A stretch of DNA of 64,000 nucleotides. Source: Podarcis melisellensis. Lineage: Eukaryota. Below, one piece after another: positions 38,965 through 50,375 of the stretch (within the stretch, counting starts at the first letter, position 1; each line of letters opens with the position of its first letter). A program made the position numbers and the translations under genes. The stretch lies in NCBI GenBank assembly GCA_964234715.1, contig OZ174278.1, one strand, 5' to 3'. The notes under the pieces were generated by a model. The model was given only the letters and a program-made list of their open reading frames with translations, did not search any database and was not told the DNA's origin.

Positions 38965-41494
38965 CTGCAGATAAATAACCATTCTTCCCACAGGATTAAA
39001 TAATTTTAAATAATGCTTTTAAAGCCTCTCACTTCTCCCTCCAAGCACTCTGGCAAACAAAAAGGACTTTGAGGAGTGTGGGGATAGTGCTCAGTGGCAG
39101 AGAGCTCTGGGAAAGAAGAGAAGCAACTATTTCTCTCCACTGTTGTTTCCTTATTCACACTTCTCTGCAAGTGAGATAGGACTCTACCTCTCTTCCAAGC
39201 AATCAGTTACATCATGGCTAATTTAGACGACAATTTATTGAAACATGCCTGTTTCATAAACCATTGTTAACCCACAGCATTTCTGGGTTCAGGCATAAAG
39301 TTAAACTGCATATAACCCAAAAGTAATTTTAAAAAATCTTCCATTCTTCTTGTGGCTTCACTGCAGGTGTAAAAGGGAGCACGTGAACCCAAGGTACACT
39401 CCGGTTCCTGAATATAAACCATATTTTAGCATAACATCCAAACAAGGCCTTCATATTTGAATCCAGGTATATTATATATCCAGGACCTTAAAAGAAACAG
39501 ATGGATGAAATTCAGCTATGCTGTCCTGCCCACTGCACAACTACTGATCCAGAGGCACCGATTCCAGCTTCTATGCTGACCTGTGTGGTTCCTCTGCCGT
39601 CCATAAATACTTTCAGGGGGTGTAAAGGGCTGCACTAGGATGTGAAAACTGGTGTAAGCATTAGCGGATGCCACCGCTGGATTGAAAGTGGGTCACCAGC
39701 ATTGAATTTAATCCAGACGTCTGTTAGACTGCTATCTGTACACAAGTACAGTTCACATTTTAATACTGTAAATATATTGGCAAACGTTTTCTTCTGCTGT
39801 GCTCATTGTGGATTTCACTTTGGATCTGCTCCCTCTGCTTCTCTTTCCGAAATGGAGTGTGCATCCTTCTAATCAAGTCTCATTTCATTAGATCACATAC
39901 CAGTTTGCATAATTGATAACAGCTTACAATTTACTGCATTCACAGAGATCCTGTAGGGATTGCTTTTTTCTACATTGCAACCTTTTTTCTTTTTAACTCA
40001 CAGCAAATTGAAGTCCTGACCTTGTGGAATTAAGTACTCAGAAATCCCAATTCCAGTCCTTCGTGTACCACTTTTAAAGAAGTGGATACGCTTTGGTTAT
40101 CATGATAAAGTGTCACAAGCCATCTATCGCATCTGAATGTGCACTGTACTTTCCCACCTTCAAATATTCTTCACGAATTCTCTTACTAAAATACTGGATT
40201 ACAGAGCTCACCACACTCTCCACCCCCTCTTCTAAGCTGCCATTCCCTCATACCTCGTGCATAAGAAACCCAGGCTCAAGTTGTGTCTTGATTGGACCCC
40301 TGTGTATGCATTAAAAATAACTCTTTTTTCTCCCCTTCACAATGCCCTAGAGAATGCAAATCAGGAGCAATCAATAATGACAGCTGAAGTCTAATAGTTC
40401 TCTTTCACTCACATCAACACTGTATCATACACTCAAGTAGAGCATGCTCTTTGAAACTCCAGGTGATTTTTTTTGTTAAGTCTACTTTAATATTGGACTA
40501 CTTGAAGTGACAGAAGCTAAGAAATTTGCATGTTTAGTCTGGGACTATGCATTGCCAAATCTCAAAACAGTAGGGGATTTTATATACACAATGAACTTGA
40601 ACACAAAAGCACTGTAGGGTGAGTTGAGGACAAGAGTAGCAGCCTTGATTCTGCATCACCAGATTGGCTGTCTAGTAAATTGCCTTGCCAGAGTAGGATT
40701 ATTGCCTACAGTATTTATTTCTAACATTTTTGTCTACTCTAGACATGGGTTGTCAACGCTTTCCTTGGGAAACTCAACCTAAGTCCGAGAAAATGGGGGG
40801 CGGGGCAGAAATCTGCATAAATATTACTTGCTTTTATATCTTAAATGCAGTTGACCTCCCACTAAAACCAATGGCAAAATCATCACAGATTTGTATCCCC
40901 TGCCATACAAAATTCATGATCTGTGACTATTATTTTTCCATCCGCGCATCAGAGGTGGGACATGTTCAGGTAAGCAAGCAAGTCCATCAAAGGACTTCCT
41001 CAAATGGACTAGTTTTTCTCTTGTACTCAAAGTTCACACATCACAAAATTCTTCATGCTATGGTAACTGGCACTGAAATTCTATGCTTGTCCGCGCAGAA
41101 GTAAATTCTATTGTTTTTAGTGGGGCTTACTCACAAGGTAAATGTGAATAGGATTGCAGCCTGAAGCTCTAACTCTTAGAAAAATAATAATACATTGATG
41201 GCAAACACATCAGTCAGCACATCAGTTCTGAGCATGGTGCCAAGAACACATGATTTTCTTCCTTGGGCTTCACTTCTCTTTGAAAATTACACATGAAGAA
41301 GTGGTCAGAGAAGATGTGCAAGACATGCCTGAAATTGTGTGGATATAGACACGGAGACTCTCCTCTTTAAAAGACTGCTGAAGAAGAAGCTTGCCTGCTT
41401 GGGAACAAGGGTTCACAGATATGCATGAAGCAGCTTCTGCAGTCTCAAATCTCCAAAATTTGTGATCAAATCTGGATATACAACCTTTCCATTT

Positions 41495-41650
41495 CAGGTA
41501 GGTAGTCGTGTTGGTCTGACGCAGTAGAAATATATTTTAAAAAATCTGAAGAAGTGTGCATGCACACGAAAGCTCATACTGAGGACAAACTTAGTTGGCC
41601 TCTACTCTAAGGTGCTACTGGACAATTTGTTATTTATTATTTATATTTCT
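41495..41650. mobile_element. Penelope-like retroelement remnant with inverted terminal segments
   Basis: 13-bp TSD aacctttccattt (41482-41494, 41651-41663). The left part (CAGGTAGGTAGTCGTGTTGGTCTG...) and right part (...TAAGGTGCTACTGG) correspond to opposite orientations of the same terminal sequence seen at 63.7 kb. Confidence 0.8.
41544..41579 (+). ncRNA. Minimal hammerhead ribozyme motif (Penelope type, stem I truncated)
   Basis: CUGAAGA (41546-41552), extra A, stem II GUGUG-caug-CACAC (41554-41567), GAAA (41568-41571), palindromic AGCU stem III, CUC triplet ending at 41575. Confidence 0.65.
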
Positions 41651-43761
41651 AACCTTTCCATTTGTTAGGAAAGCCCAAGGCCAATAAGCTGGCAGGCAGG
41701 GCTAGTCTCCTCTTTTGACTTTGCTCCCTCATAAACTTAACAAGTTAATTGTACATGGCCTTGTTGTACTTCAGGGAGGTGTGTGGCAGCCCCAGATATG
41801 GGATGCCTGAGAAGGGAAGATTTCCAGAAGAGCTGGCCGGGAAGGAAGCACAGACTGAGTCCATGAGAACCCACTCATCCCTGAGCAGCCAAGAGGCCAT
41901 GGGTCTTCATGGGTGACTGAACTCTTCATCTCTATTCATCCCTTTTCTCAATGCATAACAACAAAACAGCAGTGCTCTCATAATACAGGCCTCTCCATTC
42001 TTTCCTCTTTTATCATCATTCATATCTCAACTATGACATGACTGAAAGGGATTCTGATGGGAAATGTGCTTCACATTAGCATATTTTCCCTCCAAACAAT
42101 AGCGGCATTAAGCTGCTGCATTTTCAAAGCCTAAACAAAAAGCAGCAAGACTTTTCGCAGCAGCAGTGTTTGAAGTTTAATTATCTGTCTGCCTTATCTC
42201 TAACCCATTTTTATTTATTTTTTAAAACGAAAAAGGGACATATGTCTAGTTGGAAAGTTTGACTAACAGAAAACAGTAGGATGATAACCACTGATTTTTT
42301 TTTTTTAATGCAATGTCTTTAAGATGATTTTACTGACATGTGATGGTGTTAAAACTCATCTTTACTTCATTGATAATTGTATTTCATGCTCAGAGCCACT
42401 TTGTGGTGATAGTTATTCTATTTTAGAATTAAATAGATCAGTCTAGGCAACTCATTTTAAAACTTACAGAAGTTTTTTTCTGGCATTTTCTCATGCAAAA
42501 AGCTAGGCAGGCACAACACTGCTTAAGTACACAGCAAGACATCTACCCACCTTGTATTGTCAGTTGCAACAGTCTGGAAGTGTACAAAACCTAATTATTT
42601 TAGAAGAGGGCATTAGACTTCAAATAATTAGGAGAGAAATTTTCAAAGAGAAGTGAAGCCCAAGGAAGAAAATCATTCCAACTGCATTAGTCAGTAGACA
42701 CATGAAATGCAATTCACCTCACCCTGAGCTGATAGCTGAATGGCTGACTAGTGTAGTTTTCAATGGGAAGTTCAACACAACTTGATCTGAAATAAAGCCA
42801 AAATAAAAGAATATATCTATGGAATGTGGTTTAGAAAAGCTGCTCTTCTCCTTTCTTCTTCAATTTTATTTATATAAAAAGATAAGAATCTTCATTTACT
42901 TGAGGCCCCCTCAATGCCTGAAGGCTCTAGTTAGCAGAGGATGAAACAAGATGATAAACTGCAGCAATACAGAAACATCCTATTTTTAGGCTTAATTCGG
43001 GCAACCAAAGGATTTACCCTCATCTATAATACCCATGTGTCAAACTAGAACCCACAATTTCTCAATGACAAACAGAAGTTCCTTGCCTGGGCTGTCCCTA
43101 AACCTTCTGCTCACAGAGCCAGGGCAAGAAAACCTCTCTTTTTAGACAAGAGGACAGTGACTTTAAGAGTACCTTAAGGGAGACTAAAAGGACAGCAAGG
43201 CCAAACTTCCAGTAACAATTCAAGGGAGAGCATCTCAGTAACAACTATGCCCCAAAAGCACACGAGAAGCTGCTAAATTATTTGTGGATTAGAAAACTCA
43301 GACCATTTTAGCAAGCAAACTGCCCCATAGATGTGCCAGCCAATTGTCTTTGCTGCTGCAGGCAACTGGCATATTCTCTCATCTGTGATCCATGCTGGCT
43401 TTGCACAGATGTAAACATGCAGGGTTTGGACCTGCTGAAACTGATGGACAAGTAGCTTCACCATGCTGATTTCAGTTGATTTACTCATAGAGTATGACTT
43501 AGTTGAGTATCACCTGCAAGTGCCATTGCATTTTCTACCTTTCACTCTACTTGTTCTATCTACATTATTCCTCACATTTAAACACGTACATAGAAGGGCC
43601 AACTTTTAGTAGTAGCGTAGGTAGGGCTTGGTACTTTATTAGTTTATTGTTGGGTGAGCATTTTATGTATCTTGTATTGTTAAGAGTTTTAACATTTTTA
43701 TCTGCTTTTGAATTTCCTTATGCTGTATTTTATTTTTGTCAGGTTGTGTTGACACTTTACT

Positions 43762-43763
<2 letters not shown>

Positions 43764-43809
<46 letters not shown>

Positions 43810-43830
43810 GATAGATAGATAGATAGATAG
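43764..43830. repeat. Compound (AAT)n(AGAT)n microsatellite at the LINE tail
   Basis: Direct inspection. Confidence 0.95.
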
Positions 43831-44082
43831 GTGATTTATACCCCACCCATCTGGCTGGGTTTCCCCAGCCATTCTGGGTGGCTTCCAGCAAAATATAAAA
43901 ACATAATAAAATGTCAAACATTAAAAACTTCCCAATACAGGGCTGCCTTCAGATGTCTTCTAAAAGTTGTGTAGTTCTTTATCTGCTTGACATCTGATGG
44001 GAGAGAGTTCCACAGTGAGGGCGCCACTGCCAAGAAGGTCTTCTGCCTGGCTCCCTGTAACTTCACTTCTCGCAGTGAGGGA
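43831..44082 (-). mobile_element. 5'-truncated L2-clade LINE 3' end
   Basis: Minus strand carries ...CTTCTTGGCAGTGGCGCCCTCACTGTGGAACTCTCTCCC (F..VAPSLWNSLP), ...AGAAGACATCTGAAGGCAGCCCTG (RRHLKAAL) and terminal CCAGATGGGTGGGGTATAAAT, followed by the microsatellite tail. Confidence 0.8.
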
Positions 44083-45199
44083 AATTATCGTTATTAATAG
44101 AATTGTAAACCACTCCCACCTCTCCTGCACTACAATACATGCAACAAAATCCACTATTTTGGGCAAATACATTTAATAAATTCATTTGGGGAAATGCAAT
44201 CAATGCAATGAGACAAGAAGAAAGTATAAAAATGGAAAAGTACTAAACAAAAACAACACAGAGTCCTACCAGAATCAAACAATATAAAAATGAGAGCAAG
44301 AAAACAAGCTTAATATGAACCAAATGCCTTGAAGAGGGTTCTCTCTCTTTTTTTGTATGCCCTTAAAGCAGAGTCATTTAAACTGACGGTCACAGGCCAT
44401 TTTTCTGTCTTCCAGCTGGGTTATTTGTGGGTCTTATCTCCCCAGTTCCCTATCACTCTGCTACACTTACAGGGCTATACATAATTAGCAACCCTTCCCG
44501 AAGTTACTGACTGAAATCAGTTGATTGTCAGACCTTAATTGGTCACATGCTTCTCATAACATTAGAAAATCAAAGCCACGCTGCAGGCCAAGCCAATTCC
44601 AACACAGGAGACTTTTGTTGTTTTTGAAAAGCACTACAGTGAGTTTTGGGGGGCGGGGCGGGGGGGCATCAATATAACCAATTAATATTAATTTGTAATG
44701 GAATGCAGTAAACAGTAGATACAGTTTATCCACTATATAGAATTAAGGATGATCAATGTTAATAAAGTGCCGATTGTACTTGGTCCCAGGGTTTTAACTG
44801 AACATGCAAGAACACAGGAAGCTTTTGTAAACCAAGCCAGACCATTGGTCCATCTAGCTCAGTCCTGGGCTTTCACCCCCTTCCTCTTGTCCCACTGCTT
44901 TTCCTTAGAGGAAATCGTTCTTTAGCACTCAATTGGAGCAAACAGCAATTCAGGTTCTTTCTGGATTGACGTTTGCTCTGATTCAGCACTAAAGAGCAGG
45001 TTTCCTCCAGGAAATGAGGAAAGGGGGAAACCACTTGGCCTTGTGCCCAGAAAATGCAGAGCAAGAGGAAAACTGTACTTTCTAGGCATGGGGCAAACAG
45101 ACTGGAAGTGGTTCTGCAGCTCTAACTGGAGATGATTGGGAATTGTACCTGGGACCTTTTGCAGGTAAAAGAGGTGCTCTACCACAGCCCTTCCAGACA

Positions 45200-45315
45200 C
45201 AGGTGACCTCCACCTTGCAGAAGCCAAGCAGGTCTGGGTGTGGTCAGTGCATGGAGTGAAGGACTCCTAGTGATGATTCAAATGCCACTCTGGAAGAAAT
45301 GTGGGATATAAATGT
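45200..45315 (+). mobile_element. Decayed 5S rRNA-derived (SINE3-like) element
   Basis: GAAGCCAAGCAGGTCTGGGTGTGGTCAGTGCATGGA aligns to the 5S internal control region (GAAGCTAAGCAGGGTCGGGCCTGGTTAGTACTTGGA), followed by an L2-like tail GTGGGATATAAATG. Confidence 0.5.
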
Positions 45316-45510
45316 GGCAAAAACATTGAAAATCCTTTATCCAATGGGTTCTTTGAGGTGGGGGGACATACCAGCCTGTCCCTGACTTTTAAATTGGCAC
45401 TGCAATAGTATCAAGGCAATGGGAGGGGCGCTGGATCTACTTTGTGTCCTCTAGCAAACCAATGCAGAAACAGTTGCTGCTGCTCTCGGTGCACAGATGT
45501 CACTTGGGGC

Positions 45511-45600
45511 CATAGCTGTCAACTTTTCCCTTTTCTTGCGAGGAATCCTATTCGGAATAAGGAAATTTCCCTTTAAAAAGGGGAAAAGTTGACAGCTATG
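45511..45600. mobile_element. 90-bp hAT MITE, copy 2 (opposite orientation to copy 1)
   Basis: Same TIR CATAGCTGTCAACTTTTCCC; perfect 8-bp TSD cttggggc (45503-45510, 45601-45608). Confidence 0.9.
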
Positions 45601-45867
45601 CTTGGGGCTGGATGGGTGGTTTGGTTTAACTTGGGTCCCTGGCTTTTGCACTGCCTCACCCAGAAGCCAGCCTACACAATAAACAACCAGGCAGGCTCAT
45701 AAAACCCAACCAAAGTGGCAGCCAAAGAAGTCTGGATGGGCAGTAGCACCTTGTTAGCGACAACTAGCAAAAACATGCAAGGGATAAGCAACAAGAGATG
45801 TCTATCACCACCACCATGCCCCTCATAAGTGCCTAGAGCAGGGAGAGGGAACCCCTTCAGATAATAG

Positions 45868-46068
45868 GCAGTATTCAACTAACACGTCCTCTCAATCCAA
45901 GGGTTTCCATTTGTGCAAATGGACTTTGCCCCTTCTTCACAGCATGTGCTCTTCCCTAGAACAGATTTAGGGGGCGTGCAGGGAGAAGAGGAAGGAACAT
46001 TCTATTGCACAAGCAGAAATCCCTTGTACTGAGAGAACGTTCACACAGTGCTATGCAGAATACAACCC
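45868..46068. mobile_element. Old MITE-like repeat (relatives near 39505-39690 and 47245-47460)
   Basis: Termini GTATTCAAC ... GAATACAACCC; shared internal ACAGATTTAGG(G/A)GG...TTCTATTG(C/T)ACAAGCAGAA with the 47.3-47.4 kb copy. Confidence 0.5.
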
Positions 46069-49000
46069 TCAGTATGTGTTCTTTGGGGTTGGTCTAGCAC
46101 GGCAATTTTCGAAGTGCTCTCACGCTGTCTTACAGCCATATGCCCAGAATGATGTTGACAAGTCTTTGCAGTGGGGAGGCTAGTGTTGATGTCATTTTGC
46201 CAGCTTGCTATGACATTGCCAGAGTCAATTCAGCTGGCCTGGTTGGCTAGGAGAGCGATCCTTCCCCACGTCCTGACCATTCTGGATATGTACCCTTACC
46301 CCACCCAAAGTTGCACATTTGCTGGTCCATGGAAAAGAAGGACCATTTTAGATAGAAGGAGATTTGATCAAAGATCAATATCATTTTGCTGTATTCATTG
46401 TATACCATGGGTAGCAAAAATAAAGGCTAAAGGACTAAACCCCTATGAATGATCCAAGAAAGGAAGCTGTGAATTCATGAACCTCGAATTCATTATAAAA
46501 CATCACGAGGCAGTACACAACCTAAAATAACAGGAAAACCATTTTTAAATGTCAAACATATCAGTAAAAGCTGGCTGCAAGTATATTTTAAAAAGTCTTG
46601 TCAGGTAAACACTGTAAATGAATATGTAAAAGCTTCAGTTAACATGATCTGCACGTTCGATTCTCTGCAACATAGGCCTCTTGGTATGACAGTCGTCTCA
46701 CACAACACTCCTAAGAGTAAGCCCAGAGAAAGTCCTCTGTCCTTTTGTATCATGCTGGCAAAGACAGATCATTGTATGCAACAGTGTCTTCATATCCCAG
46801 CTTGTTGACATTCTAAACCATTTCAGTTCCTAAGTTCCTTTCGTCTCTTTGGACCATGCATCTAAATTGTCTTCACAGGCTTCTTGACTCTGCTATTCTG
46901 CTTGTTTGCACTTCCACCAAGGTTTTTCCACTTAAGAGGATTGCTCTAGCTGTACATACACCCTGTATTTAAAATTCTGACAGGTCTTGAAACATAGTAT
47001 TTCTTACCCACTCGTTGTTGCCAAGACAATCCCAGAGAGGGCTACATTAAAAGCAACACAAAATACATATTACAACATGTAACTGAACAACCTAAAATCA
47101 ACAAGATTAACAACCCAGCAGCCTTCTCCAAATGCCTCAATGAATAAATGAGACTTCAGCAGGTGCTGAAAACTCAAAGTTGCCACTAGCCATATCTGAA
47201 AGGAGATTTCTTTTCTGAGGTGCCAGTACTGAGAAGGTTGGGGTGGAATCCAATGTCTCCATTCCACTATCAAAATGATATGTGCTTGTGCAATGGAATT
47301 CTTCCCCTCTCACCCCGCCCCCCACTGTGCATGCCCTATCCCCCCAATAGGCTCTGGAAAGTTAGGAGAACCCCAAAAACAGATTTAGGAGGGGTAGAGA
47401 GGGAGCAGTTCTATTGTACAAGCAGAACCAATGACTTAGTGCTACTATGGACAGAAATCTTACAGTTTACTTACTTGCCGTCTAAGCATGCAAGTTGATC
47501 ATGTGAAGGGGAGATATTGCAAACTGTGGGTGAATATTTAACATAAGGCTTTCTTGAAAGAAAGAAAAAAAGAGGAGAGTGCATTGATCCTGCATCCCAA
47601 CTGGCCTTGAGTTTATGACTCTGCAACCACAACAATAATTTCCCAAGGATTAAGCCCCCTATCGGTCTGGGAAAGTAGCACCATTAAGTCCTCGTAAGGC
47701 GTTGTATAGGAAACAGCCAATGTTACCTTAGCTCAGATGCATCCATATGACATATGGATTTCGTATGCTGGGTTCCCAAACTAAGAATTCTCATCTTTAT
47801 CAGAGTACAGCATTCCAGTTCAAGAAAACAATTGGCGCATCTCCTTGTGTGACTAAGAAACGACATTTCACTTGGCAGGGTGCACTGCTGTTCTTTGGTC
47901 TTAAAAGAAGTCCATGAACATAGAGAGGGAAAAGAGTGTGAGACTGCACGAAGTGTGCTTTAAAGGCTCATTGGGAAGGAAATCAACATGTTATTCCTCT
48001 CTAAGAAAACTTCATGAAAATCAGTGGAAAATCTACTGTATTGAGCTGATATATTGGCACTCTGCTTCTTGTCCCAGCTTAGGATGATCAGGAGGTGGTT
48101 CTGCTCTCCTAGCAACCAGGTGCACCTAAAACGTTCTTCCACAAAGTCCTGGCTACTAGAGGAGGCAGAGAGAGGCATAAGTAGTGCAGAGTCCACAATT
48201 TCTGCTCACCCCCACCAAGAGGTGGGCGGGGTTTGCGACACCACGTGGGCTTACTAGGCCAGGTGCCACCCACCTTGCTGCAGGATGGCCGTTGGCCTGC
48301 CCCCATCTCAGCAGGACAATGGGCTGCTGGCTGGGGGTGGGAGTGGGGCGAGGGCTGGGAAAAGGGCTGGTGCTCTTCGGCTCAGACTCACTTTTCCTTC
48401 TTAGAACTTTAATCAGAACACTCAGTAGCCAATGGCCATTTTAGACAATTTCATTTTAATCATTTATATGATAAAACTCAATAATCAGATACTTGTGTAC
48501 TCAATAATGTCAGATCTCATGTACTTCTGTAAATGTAAAATGGGAGCTACAATTTCTGTTACATTGCTAAAATGCAGAATGCCAGTCTTACTAGCTGTTG
48601 AGAAACATTTTGCATTAGGCATGAATTTCACCTTCCTATGGATAATCTGTGGACCTCTTGAAATACATTGTTCTCATAGTTGCAGCAAGTCTTACACATG
48701 TAGCAAACCCAATTTGTCGCCATATTATCCAAACTGAGACATGCAATTAATCTTAAAAGCCCTGCACTGAGGATAGACAAAACACATAATTATGCATCTT
48801 GTTTACATGTGAAACTTCGTTTGCACTTGCTATTAGCATCACAGTATCCTGAAATATTACAATATAAATTAACAGTAACATATTAAATGCTTGGGGATTG
48901 GCAATTTCATATTGCCAGTCTCATTTAAAGTTCAAATCAGCCAAGCAGAGGCGCACATGATGACATTTGAACGTTTTGTTATTTTACCCTTCCCTTTTCT

Positions 49001-49649
49001 TTTCACAGCATGCTGTTCTTGAAAGTTTACTTTTACATATAGTGTTCTGAAATCCTACCAAGATCACAGTAGAAAGAGGCATAAAAGATAATCAAAGGAA
49101 GCTACATAACCTCAAAACTACTGCAGGGGAACAAAGAAAAGTCAGTGGGACCCTGGAAAACAAACAAACCGACAATTGTTTTGTCTAGTTGTTCTGTCAC
49201 ACAGACTGTGTTGCATAGTCTTTCCAGACTAACATCCAAGTTCTTGGGTTGGATCCAAAGAACCATAAGCCAAAGGGCAGTGGTTCCCAGTTTTGTAACA
49301 AATGCTTGAGCAAAAGCTTGGCCAAATTCAGACCATTTGATTTAAGGTCTGAACAAACCATGGTTTATTGGGGGCCGAAGAACTGGGAAGCTTGTGCTAA
49401 CTTTAATTTGCTGTTATCTCTGAATTCTCAGACCACTGAGAAACCTCAATATGCTGTTGTATTACTGAGATTAGAGAACTTCGGATGCTGAGCAGACCGG
49501 AAAGTGAAAACAGCTTTAAACCATACATTTGCATCCATGTTAACCAAGATTTACAGTTACATATTTAAGCAAATTAAAATTACTTAACATGTAATCAACC
49601 ACTCTTCCAAGCTGTAATGCCTCTATCTTACATCCTTATCTCAAGATCA

Positions 49650-50038
49650 ATGGTCTTCTTCACATGTCACATTAAACCATTGCAATGTTTAACTATGGTT
49701 AATGTGAACAAGTAGTGTTCACTTCACTCCTCCCCTGCACAAAGAGCAACAAACCTTGGCTTGTTGTGTTGTCCAAAGCAGAGCTCATTGTTTGTTCCTC
49801 TCCAAACAAGTCATGAGTGGTAGTCAAGGTTTAGTGCTTGTGGCTTATTTGGGAAAAACAAAACACAAGCCCAGATTTGAATGACAGGATATGCCAAGGC
49901 TTGGGGTTAGTTGCTTGAGGCTATACCAGGAGTAGAAGTGAAGCAAGGTGGGGACTTTTAAGAACTGTGCACCTGTACACTGCTCTTTGCATTAAACCAT
50001 AGTTAAACTAGGGTTTCAAGTGATGTTCAAACCAGGCC
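49650..50038. mobile_element. Long imperfect inverted-repeat element (Harbinger-type MITE?)
   Basis: Mirror motifs TTAAACCAT...AACTATGGTTAATG at left and CATTAAACCATAGTTAAAC at right; a related piece lies near 39205-39450. Confidence 0.45.
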
Positions 50039-50202
50039 AATGAAAAGTACAATTAAGACCTTTAGAACAGAACAAGGAGAAAAGGACTATGGGTTACCTC
50101 CCCTCTCATCACACAGCTTGTATAGAAGATCAGGGTTCTTAATCACACAAGTACATTTTGGCTATGTTAATTTGACACTCACCTTTAAACTTTGGGAATG
50201 AC

Positions 50203-50375
50203 GAGGAAATAACTTGCTGAATTAACTATTAAAATTGGAATGTGGGAAGGAGAGATGTGGGGAAGTCAAGGAAAGAGGGTAACGAAAATTATATATGCAT
50301 TGTTTTTGTGTTTGGTGTTTGTGTGTGTCTGTTTATAAAAATTTGAAAACTTAATAAAAATTAATAAAAAAAAAA
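50203..50375 (+). mobile_element. 5'-truncated polyadenylated retro-insertion (L1-like 3' end)
   Basis: Perfect 17-bp TSD taaactttgggaatgac (50186-50202, 50376-50392); TTT/AAA insertion site; two AATAAA hexamers and an A-tail. Confidence 0.85.
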
